This document shows positions 53,903 through 64,000 of a DNA stretch of 64,000 bases, one piece after another. Where the stretch lies: NCBI GenBank assembly GCA_950097015.1, contig CATNEN010000039.1, positions 1,054,001-1,118,000 on the forward strand, given 5' to 3'. The stretch's first letter is position 1, and each line of letters opens with the position of its first letter. The position numbers were made by a program, and so were the translations under genes. The notes under the pieces are model-generated. The model worked only from the letters and a program-made list of their open reading frames with translations. It was not told where the DNA came from and ran no database searches. This stretch comes from Macrostomum hystrix. Its lineage: Eukaryota > Animalia > Platyhelminthes.

Positions 53903-56900
53903 ATGGGTATCTGCTCCTGCTGCATCAAGCTCTGCACCTGCTGCAGCGCCCAGGTGGCCAAATGCATCCTTGGCGCCGTTAACGGCATCCTCATTGTAAG
54001 TCTGGTCATTGGGAAATTGTGATTTGCTTGGCTGACAGGCTGTCTCTCTGGCAGTGTGACACCTGCAATGTCTGTGTCAGTCACAGAGGACAGACAGATG
54101 ACAGACAGATGACAGACACATGACAGACACATGACAGACACATGACAGACATATGACAGACACATGACAGACACATGACAGACACATGACAGACACATGA
54201 CAGACACATGACAGACACATGACAGACACATGACAGACACATGACAGACACATGACAGACACATGACAGACACATGACAGACACATGACAGACAAATGAC
54301 AGACACATGAAAGATTAATGACATACAGACGACAGACGGATTAAAGACAGATGACAGACAGATGACAGACAGATGACAGACAGATGACAGACAGATGACA
54401 GACAGATGACAGACAGATGACAGACAGACGACAGACAGACGACAGACAGACGAAAAGTGTAAAAGAGATTACTGATGACAGATATGCGACGATCGCGAAC
54501 CCCACAGACCGTCGGCGTGGTGCTGGCTATTATTGGCAGCATCCTAAACTGGGGCGGGGATCTAGTGTACCGGCTGGTCAGTCAAGCCCTGTCGAGCATC
54601 GGCAGCAGCAACGTGGGCTCGACTCAGTCGATAACGATCAACGATCTGCAGACGGTGCTTGGCACCTGGATTGTCTATGTCAGTAAGTGCTTGCTCAGCT
54701 ATCTTGCGTAGCGCCAATCAGCCATCTGCTGATGTGCTTTTTGTGCCTCCTCGATGCATCAATAAAGCACCTGCCAATTAATTCCGTCTCAGGATACGCG
54801 GGCCTCGCTTTGCTGGTAGTTGGGCTGTTCCTAGTTGCCACGGGCATCATTGGCGCCATTGGAGCCTGCTGCAACATTAAGCTCCTTATTATTGTGGTAA
54901 GTTTCTCCAATTGGCTGGTTGGCTGCTTTAGAATTCGCTATCCTCTAATTACCCATTTCTTATTGGCTGTTCTCTGATTGGATGTTCTTGATTGGCGGTT
55001 TTATGATTTATCTAATTGGCTGTTCTAACTTTGGCTGTTCTCTGATTGGCTGTTCTAACTTTGGCTGTTCTCTGATTGGCTGTTCTAACTTTGGCTGTTC
55101 TCTGATTGGCTGTTCTATCTTTGGCTGTTCTCTGATTTATCTGATTGGCTGTTCTATCTTTGGCTGTTCTCTGATTGGCTGTTCTAACTTTGGCTGTTCT
55201 CTAATTGGCTGTTCTATCTTTGGCTGTTCTCTGATTTATCTGATTGGCTGTTCTATCTTTGGCTGTTCTCTGATTGGCTGTTCTAACTTTGGCTGTTCTC
55301 TAATTTATCTGATTGGCTGTTCTATCTTTGGCTGTTCTCTGATTTATCTGATTGGCTGTTCTATCTTTGGCTGTTCTCTAATTTATCTGATTGGCTGTTC
55401 TATCTTTGGCTGTTCTCTGATTGGCTGTTCTAACTTTGGCTGTTCTCTGATTTATCTGATTGGCTGTTCTATCTTTGGCTGTTCTCTGATTTATCTGATT
55501 GGCTGTTCTATCTTTGGCTGTTCTCTGATTTATCTGATTGGCTGTTCTAACTTTGGCTGTTCTCTGATTTATCTGATTGGCTGTTCTAACTTTGGCTGTT
55601 CTCTGATTGGCTGTTCTAACTTTGGCTGTTCTCTAATTGGCTGTTCTATCTTTGGCTGTTCTCTGATTTATCTGATTGGCTGTTCTATCTTTGGCTGTTC
55701 TCTGATTGGCTGTTCTAACTTTGGCTGTTCTCTAATTTATCTGATTGGCTGTTCTATCTTTGGCTGTTCTCTGATTTATCTGATTGGCTGTTCTATCTTT
55801 GGCTGTTCTCTAATTTATCTGATTGGCTGTTCTATCTTTGGCTGTTCTCTGATTGGCTGTTCTAACTTTGGCTGTTCTCCGATTTATCTGATTGGCTGTT
55901 CTATCTTTGGCTGTTCTCTGATTTATCTGATTGGCTGTTCTATCTTTGGCTGTTCTCTGATTTATCTGATTGGCTGTTCTATCTTTGGCTGTTCTCTGAT
56001 TTATCTGATTGGCTGTTCTATCTTTGGCTGTTCTCTGATTTATCTGATTGGCTGTTCTATCTTTGGCTGTTCTCTGATTTATCTGATTGGCTGTTCTATC
56101 TTTGGCTGTTCTCTGATTTATCTGATTGGCTGTTCTATCTTTGGCTGTTCTCTAATTTATCTGATTGGCTGTTCTATCTTTGGCTGTTCTCTGATTTATC
56201 TGATTGGCTGTTCTATCTTTGGCTGTTCTCTGATTTATCTGATTGGCTGTTCTATCTTTGGCTGTTCTCTGATTTATCTGATTGGCTGTTCTATCTTTGG
56301 CTGTTATAACTTTGGTTGTTCTCTGATTGGCTGTTTTTGGATTGGCTCTTTCCTTGTTATAAAACTAATTTGCGTTCCGTCACGTGACCACCTTTCTCTA
56401 ACCCAATTAAAAGTACATCGTGATCATGTTCGTCCTGGGCCTGGCCTGCGCCGGCCTGGCCGCCGGCTACATCATCAACAAGAACCTGATGCGCACGACC
56501 GGCTCCACGGAGATGACCAAATTAGTCAAACAGATGTACAAGGGCCGTGGCTCAGCCGACGAGTTTACCAACATTCTGGACCTCATCCAGGCTAGGGTGA
56601 GCAGTTTAATGCCCACCTGAGTACTTAACCCATGGACCTTTATGAGCTAATTTTGTCGTACCTGGCTTACTGTGCGACATTTGCAGCTCTGAATCTTCGT
56701 CTCCACAAAAACTGTCCTTTTCATCATTTTCTCTTCATTTACTTATAATTCACCATCTCTCGCTATCGACCTCTCATGTCTTCCTCTCCCTGTCAACCTA
56801 TCCCTGTCTATCTCTCCCTGTCTACCTATCCCTGTCTATCTCTCCCTGTCAACATCTCCCTGTCTACCTCTCCCTGTCTACCTCTCCCTGTCTACCTCTC

Positions 56901-58503
56901 CCTGTCTACCTATCCCTGTCTACCTATCCCTGTCTACCTATCCCTGTCTACCTCTCCTTGTCTACCTCTCCCTGTCTACCTCTCCCTGTCTACCTCTCCC
57001 TGTCTACCTCTCCCTATCTACCTCTCCCTGTCTACCTCTCCCTATCTACCTATCCCTGTCTACCTATCCCTGTCTACCTATCCCTGTCTACCTATCCCTG
57101 TCTACCTATCCCTGTCTACCTCTCCCTGTCTACCTATCCCTGTCTATCTCTCCCTGTCAACATCTCCCTGTCTACCTCTCCTTGTCTACCTATCCCTGTC
57201 TACCTCTCCCTGTCTACCTCTCCCTGTCTACCTCTCCCTGTCTACCTCTCCCTGTCTACCTCTCCCTATCTACCTCTCCCTGTCTACCTCTCCCTATCTA
57301 CCTATCCCTGTCTACCTATCCCTGTCTACCTATCCCTGTCTAACTATCCCTGTCTACCTATCCCTGTCTACCTCTCCCTGTCTACCTATCCCTGTCTATC
57401 TCTCCCTGTCAACATCTCCCTGTCTACCTCTCCCTGTCTACCTCTCCCTATCTACGCGCAAGAATTTTCGCTTGGTTTTCCCGGATCTCGCATTCTCTAT
57501 TTACCTCACGCCCAGGTGCCCTGCTGCGGAGTGGAAAACTACACCATCTACTACGAATTCACCACCTGGAACAGCACCTACCAGCTGAAGAATGGAACGT
57601 ACATCAGTGAGTTCAGAGGGCCGCGCGCATCCAATTTATTAAAAAAAAACAATTTACTCGAGCTGAGAAACCAACTTCACTGCCAATTTTCAATACACCT
57701 CCATCCGGCTTCCCTGCTTCTCTCCCTGCCCTCCCTTCATCTCTACCTTCACCTGCTAATTCCTCAGATGAGAAGCTGCCGGAGTCCTGCTGCAAGCTGA
57801 CTGGGATGAACTTCACGCCCGATTATGAGAACTGCACATACGCACCCGACACTCAGAACAGCAACTTCATGGCCGGCGGCTGCTATTCAAAGCTCTGGAC
57901 AGCCTTCGATAACTACTCGGCCTATGCCACATACGGCTTGTTTATCGCTGCCGGAGTCATTGTGAGTCGCTCACTGTCACTCACTGTCGCTCGCTGTCAC
58001 TCACTGTCACTCACGGTCACTCACTGTCACTCACTGTCACTCACGGTCACTCACGGTCACTCACTGTCACTCACTGTCGCTCACTGTCACTCACTGTCAC
58101 TCACCTGTCACTCACCTGTCGCCTCACCTGTCACCCACTGTCACCCACTGTCACTCACCTGTCGCCTCACCTGTCACTCACTGTCACCCACTGTCACCCA
58201 CTGTCACCCACTGTCACTCACCTGTCGCCTCACCTGTCACCCACTGTCACCCACTGTCACTCACCTGTCGCCTCACCTGTCACTCACTGTCACCCACTGT
58301 CACCCACTGTCACTCACCTGTCGCCTCACCTGTCACCCACTGTCACCCACTGTCACTCACCTGTCGCCTCACCTGTCACTCACTGTCACCCACTGTCACC
58401 CACTGTCACTCACCTGTCGCCTCACCTGTCACTCACTCCGCAGGGCAGCATTGCGTTTCTGGCCATCATTATCGTGGTAAACCTGGAGAAGAGCATCACC
58501 TAA
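53903..58503 (+). CDS. Tetraspanin (paralogue 1), 299 aa; exons 53903-53995, 54508-54682, 54793-54896, 56414-56596, 57516-57606, 57768-57961, 58444-58503
   Basis: Seven GT-AG exons sum to 900 nt in frame. Four TM segments, GIIGAIGACCN at TM2, and large loop with CCG, PESCC and GC motifs. Confidence 0.92.
54085..54451. repeat. 11-bp repeats TGACAGACA(C/G)A in tetraspanin-1 intron 1
   Basis: Two adjacent sub-arrays differing at one base. Confidence 0.93.
55005..56345. repeat. 30/39-bp minisatellite in tetraspanin-1 intron 3
   Basis: Unit ATTGGCTGTTCTA(A/T)CTTTGGCTGTTCTCTG with optional ATTTATCTG. The 537-aa ORF is an artefact. Confidence 0.96.
56783..57455. repeat. 14-bp minisatellite in tetraspanin-1 intron 4
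   Basis: Unit CTACCT(C/A)TCCCTGT. Confidence 0.95.
57968..58437. repeat. 10-bp-based minisatellite filling tetraspanin-1 intron 6
   Basis: TCAC(T/C)CACTG and TCGCCTCACCTG units run from just after the donor to about 6 nt before the acceptor. Confidence 0.93.
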
Positions 58504-58861
58504 GAGTTGCAGCCGTCCGGTTCGCCTATCACCAATTTTATTCCAGGAAATGAACCATTTTTATCTCCATCCGCTTCTATTGTTGCCTTTCAGGCTTTAT
58601 TAGCACAATTTTAACTTGTATTTGCTAAATATTTTCAGTGTTAAATATCTCTACGTATCGTGCCTAAACCTGGAGACCCTGAATATGCACTCGCAATCCT
58701 GATCAGGTTTAAACAAAATTCGTTTAATATTAAACAAAATTACTGTAAAGAATATCTCTATGCCTAATCCCCAAGTGTCCATCCTACATGAGGATTCCCA
58801 AATTTGGAATTTCCCGCCTATTGTTATGTCAGAAGTCGCTTATTTTAATTTTTCAGAAGTG

Positions 58862-59484
58862 AAGCTGTACTGCATAGTTACTAGAACTGTAGTGCATAGT
58901 TACTAGAGCTGTACTGCATAGTTACTAGAGCTGTACTGCATAGTTACTAGAGCTGTACTGCATAGTTACTAGAACTGTACTGCATAGTTACTAGAACTGT
59001 ACTGCCTAGTTACTAGAGCTGTACTGCATAGTTACTAGAACTGTACTGCATAGTTACTAGAACTGTACTGCCTAGTTACTAGAGCTGTACTGCATAGTTA
59101 CTAGAACTGTACTGCATAGTTACTAGAGCTGTACTGCATAGTTACTAGAGCTGTACTGCATAGTTACTAGAACTGTACTGCCTAGTTACTAGAGCTGTAC
59201 TGCATAGTTACTAGAGCTGTACTGCATAGTTACTAGAACTGTACTGCCTAGTTACTAGAGCTGTACTGCATAGTTACTAGAGCTGTACTGCATAGTTACT
59301 AGAGCTGTACTGCATAGTTACTAGAGCTGTACTGCATAGTTACTAGAGCTGTACTGCATAGTTACTAGAGCTGTACTGCATAGTTACTAGAGCTGTACTG
59401 CATAGTTACTAGAGCTGTAGTGCATAGTTACTAGAGCTGTACTGCATAGTTACTAGAGCTGTACTGCATAGTTACTAGAACTGT
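58862..59484. repeat. 22-bp minisatellite
   Basis: Unit CTGTACTGCATAGTTACTAGA(G/A). Confidence 0.96.
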
Positions 59485-61187
59485 GCTGTATGGTCAGAGA
59501 AACTTACCTGGTTATGATACCATGATTCCAAGGGCTAAATAGTAAAGTAAAGATCTGTCACGAAAAGTTACCTTTCCATGAAGCGAGCTCTAATAAGACG
59601 TTAAGGTTTTAGTTTTAAATTATCTGTGCACTCTGATCTTAAATGTGTGTGAATTGTATTAAATCCGATACAACAAACTTGTGCAAATAATGAAAAGCAA
59701 GATGAAATGCATAAATGTTTTCCGTCATTAAATGGCCTGGTTCTGTTTTAATCGCAAACAAAATTTTATCCTTGGTCTCTCTTGCAAGGTTATTTCGTTT
59801 ACACATTTTAATATGCTGTTTTCGCCACTTGCAAATGTAAACATTTTATGTGCTCGTTTTTACGCATGCTATTCAAGGCTTGGGCACCGTTTGCCGTCAC
59901 CGATGAAAATATTTTCCGCTGTCATTGTCCCTGCAGCCTGTTTACTAGCAGTTCCATTTTGCAGCCCAGCCCAGCCCAGCCATTGTTGCTATTTTTAGCA
60001 ACAGATGCGTCAGTGGAGTTAACTCTACAAATGGATTTAAGTAACGATCTACACTACTGGAATCAGGGCTAAGTAGAAACAAAAGAATTTACGCGAATAA
60101 AAAATAAAAAATCGTGTTATTTTTAACAAATTCGATATCTAAATCCGATATTTATTGAGATGATATAAATTTTCAATTCTTTGCGCTTGCTTTCTTAAAA
60201 ACTGTTTCTAGAAGTCTCACCTTGAGACCCATTGTCTCACGCCGAGATTAAAATCCAACGTCTTAAATCAATGTCAAAAATCTCAAATCGTCTCAGATTG
60301 AGCACGAGAGGCTATAACAGCTACTAAAGTGCTGTAGAAAACTGCATGCTACTCAAGCCAGACATGATTAAAGGCTTAATAACTGAAGCGGGACACTCCT
60401 TATGAGATTAATTGTCTATGGCTAAAGCCATTTCCCGTCAGCTAGCTTTGGAGCTATGCTGTGCCCCAATACACAGAACTTTTCTCAGCAAATTAGCGGC
60501 AGACCATTTCTTTCCTGGACCCAGCCACCACCCAGGACTCGCCCTAAGTGCTCTGCAATTCACCAGCTCACCAAGGTACGCCAGACCCACAGGTGCACAT
60601 TAGTTTTAATAGCCTTCTGCTACTAGAAGAGAAAGTGAGAAACGGAAAGGACCGGTGAAAATCGCGCGCGTGCAGTAAGAATCTGCTTTTCCTGTGAGCC
60701 TTTATTTCAGTCTCTTCCCCACTGCATTCAGTTCTTGCCTACGCGATTCAAAGCAGCTCATTGCACTCCCAATTCCTATTCTCCGTCTTCCCTTCCCCAA
60801 GCTGGGCGCGGCTTTCCGTTGCTATGCCAACCAAAAACTATTGTCAGAAAAAGCTGCATCGCCTGCAGACAAGGCCGAAAGTTTCCGCACAGTGGAAGCG
60901 GAGCTTATTGAGCAGTTGAGTCCAATGCCCCTCTAGTACATTCAGCCTGACTGCTCACAGCCTTCTCCGAGGATTGGTTGGACACAATCTCGCAAAGCTG
61001 AGCTGGACTCCGATAAAACAAACCGCCTTATCCTCCTGCCCGAGGCCAAACAGCAGCAGCGAGTCTGCTTTGTCAACCAAATCAGCTGCTCTTAGCAACG
61101 CGCGGTTTTCTGGCCTCCCCAAAGCATTTTCCACTTTTCCTTTTCAGGCTGCCTGCGGACTGACAAGAATTCGCGGAAAACCTTGAC

Positions 61188-63731
61188 ATGGGCATCTGCG
61201 GCTGCTGTACCTCATACATTGCAGGATGCATTTTGTACATGGTGAACAGCCTGCTCATTGTGAGTACCAATGACTGTTTGACCCAGCTATCCTCTGCTCA
61301 GATCCAAGAGCTCAGATCTTGGATCCCGAATCCTAAATCCCCAAAAAATAAAATCCCGAATCTCTAATCTCAATCCTACATCCCAAATCCCGAATCTTTA
61401 TTCCCGAATCCCTATAGTCTCGAATCACCAATGCCGAATCTTCATTCCCGAATCCCTATAGTCCCAAATCACAAATGCCGAATCTTTATTCCGAATCCCT
61501 ATAGTCTCGAATCACAAATGCCGAATCTTTCTTCCCACATCCGAAATCCCCAAATCACAGCTGGTCGGTATTCTGGTGACCATTGTGGGCTGCCTTCTGC
61601 ACTTCGGCGGCAATGCGGTTTACAAGCTGTTCAGCAGCCTGCTCTCTGCGCTCTCCAGCATCATCGGCGACCCCACGGTGAAGCTGGGCGTCTCTGATGT
61701 GCAGAAGATCATGGACAGCTGGTCCGCCGTAGTCAGTGAGTGATCTGGGTGAATCTGGTGTGATCAACTCTTTGCCAAGCAGTCCAGCTGAACACAATTC
61801 GATGCAATCCATCCCAAAAACCCGCGCAGGCTACGCGGGCATTGTGCTGCTGGGCCTGGGTGTCATCATCCTGGCCAGCAGCACCCTCGGCTGCATTGGC
61901 GCCTGCCTCAAGCTCAAAGTCGTCCTGCTGGTGGTGCGTGGCAGGCCCTGAGCACTGCGGAGTTGAGCCCTTCAGGGATGGGATTCTAGATGGGATTCTA
62001 GATGGGATTCTAGTTGGGATTCTAGTTGGGATTCTAGACGGGATTCTAGATAAGATTCTAGTTGGTATTCTAGATGAGACTCTCGATGAGACTCTAGATG
62101 GGATTCTAGACGGGATTCTAGATAGGATTCTAGTTGGTATTCTAGATAAGATTCAAGATAGAATTCTAGATGGAATTTTAGTTGGGATTCTAGATGGGAT
62201 TTTAGTTGGGATTCTAGATGGGATTCTATTTAGGATTCTAGATAGGATTCAAGATAGAATTCTAGATGGAATTTTAGTTGAGATTCAATATGGGATTCTA
62301 GATGGGATTCAAGTTGGGATTCTAGATGGGATTCTAGTTGGGATTCTAGATAGGATTCTAGTTGGTATTCTAGATAATATTCAAGATAGAATTCTAGATG
62401 GGATTCTAGATGGGATTCTAGATGGGATTCTAGATGGGATTCTAGATAAGATTCGAGATAGAATTCTAGATGGGATTTTAGTTGGGATTCAATATGGGAT
62501 TCTAGATGGGATTCAAGTTGGGATTCTAGATGGGATTCTAGATGGGATTCTAGTTGGGATTCTAGATGGGATTCTAGATGGGATTCCAGATGGGATTCTT
62601 GATAGAATTCTAGATCAAATTCTAGATTATATAAGGTAAACTTTTTTTTGAAAACATTCTAGATGGGATGCTAAAGACGCGATCTATCGGGAAATTTTCA
62701 AATGCGAGTTCAGATCATGCATTGGAAAAATTTGCCTAAAAATAACTTAGCATGGATAAAAGAACCAATTGTAAATAGTTACATGGCATTCTTAGTAAAT
62801 TAAAAATTTAAGAATAACTTAGTGAGGCAGAGGGTTAGACGTGACGGATAATGGCTGGCATGGAACTGATGGAACAGTGGATAATGGCTGACATGGAACT
62901 GATGGAACAGTGGATAATGGCTGACATGGAACTGATGGAACAGTGGATAATGGCTGGCATAGAACTGATGGAATGGTGGATAATGGCTGGCATGGAACTG
63001 ATGGAACAGTGGATAATGGCTGGCATGGAACTGATGGAATGGTGGATAATGGCTGACATGGAACTGATGGAATGGTGGATAATGGCTGGGATGGAACTGA
63101 TGGAATGGTGGATAATGGCTGACATGGAACTGATGAAATGGTGGATAATGGCTGGCATGGAACTGATGGAATGGTGGATAATGGCTGACATGGAACTGAT
63201 GGAATGGTGGATAATGGCTGGCATGGAACTGATGGAATGGTGGATAATGGCTGGCATGGAACTGATGGAATGGTGGATGCAACCGAAAGACGGATAAAGT
63301 GGGCTTAAGGGCCAACAGGCAACAGCAGACAGAAGGACAAACTGCAGTGCAGTGTCGAGCTGATTCCCGCACCGTTCCAGTACGTGGTGCTGGTCCTCCT
63401 GCTGACGCTGCTGTTCCTGGGATTCATCTTTGGCTACCTGGTGTTCAGGCAGGAGATGTACAACCTTGGTTCCAAGGAGATGAAGCGACTTATCACTGAG
63501 CAGTACAAGGGCAGCCACTCCAGCAGTCAGAATGACTTCAGCAAAATTATGGATATTGTGCAGGGCCGGGTGAGTACCAGCTGAGGGTTGGTGTTCTCTT
63601 GAATATGAGGCAATGAGATTTGCGGCTAACATTTTAGCTGGGGTGCTGCGCCATCGACAACTACACGGACTTTTACTCGGCCAAACAGTGGAATCGAACC
63701 TATTACCTGTCCTCCGAGTCCAGATACGTCG
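61188..63731 (+). CDS. Tetraspanin (paralogue 2), 3' incomplete; exons 61188-61259, 61561-61735, 61830-61933, 63381-63569, 63638-63731
   Basis: Same intron phases as paralogue 1 and identical exon 2 (175 nt) and exon 3 (104 nt) lengths. Motifs MGICGCC, LGCIGACLK, GSKEMKRLITEQYKG, IMDIVQGRLGCCAIDNY. Confidence 0.9.
61976..62628. repeat. 12-bp minisatellite GATGGGATTCTA in tetraspanin-2 intron 3
   Basis: Directly visible, moderately diverged. Confidence 0.93.
62846..63279. repeat. 33-bp minisatellite in tetraspanin-2 intron 3
   Basis: Unit GGATAATGGCTG(G/A)CATGGAACTGATGGAA(TG/CA)GT. Confidence 0.95.
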
Positions 63732-63780
63732 GTAAGTTGATTCGAAAGTTAGGCATAGTCAGAGCCGAGTTTGTACAGAA

Positions 63781-64000
63781 GTCAGCCCACCGCTTCAGTC
63801 CCTGAAGCCAGTCAGCCCACCGCTTCAGTCCCTGAAGTCAGTCAGCCCACCGCTTCAGTCCCTGAAGTCAGTCAGCCAACCGCTTCAGCCCCTGAAGTCC
63901 CTCAGCCCACCGCTTCAGTCCCTGAAGTCAGTCAGCCAACCGCTTCGGTCCCTGAAGTCCCTCAGCCCACCGCTTCAGTCCCTGAAGTCCCTCAGCCCAC
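63781..64000. repeat. 30-bp minisatellite in tetraspanin-2 intron 5, truncated by the window end
   Basis: Unit GTCAGCCCACCGCTTCAGTCCCTGAAGTCA. Confidence 0.94.

Noticed and set aside
54982-56413. 537-aa hydrophobic Cys-rich ORF
   Set aside because: Translation of the intron-3 minisatellite of tetraspanin 1.

Overview
Eukaryotic (animal) genomic DNA with GT-AG introns, GC-rich exons and a very high density of minisatellites. The style fits a free-living flatworm such as Macrostomum, but this is inference and cannot be proven here. Almost all long ORFs in the supplied track are artefacts of tandem repeats. Eight spliced genes could be assembled by hand: MRPL45-like (-, partial, with a 22-bp satellite of at least 16.6 kb apparently in an intron), KCTD3/SHKBP1 (+, 6 exons), CNTD1/COSA-1-like cyclin (+), a syntaxin-6 N-terminal-domain protein with a TM helix but no SNARE motif (+), a RING/coiled-coil TRIM-like protein (-), a two-exon secreted neuropeptide-precursor-like gene not represented whole in the ORF track (+, predicted product CRIGRTACML-amide), and two tandem tetraspanin paralogues (+, the second running off the window). 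The AT-rich interval 17.4-25.3 kb holds two TIR elements, a Gypsy gag/RT remnant and a solo LTR with a 4-bp TSD. The most notable observations are the candidate cyclic amidated neuropeptide, two genes whose first visible exon has no ATG but starts in phase 0 after a splice acceptor (fits a spliced-leader-donated AUG), and the SNARE-less syntaxin-6-like protein. Family assignments come from motif recognition by eye, not from database searches.
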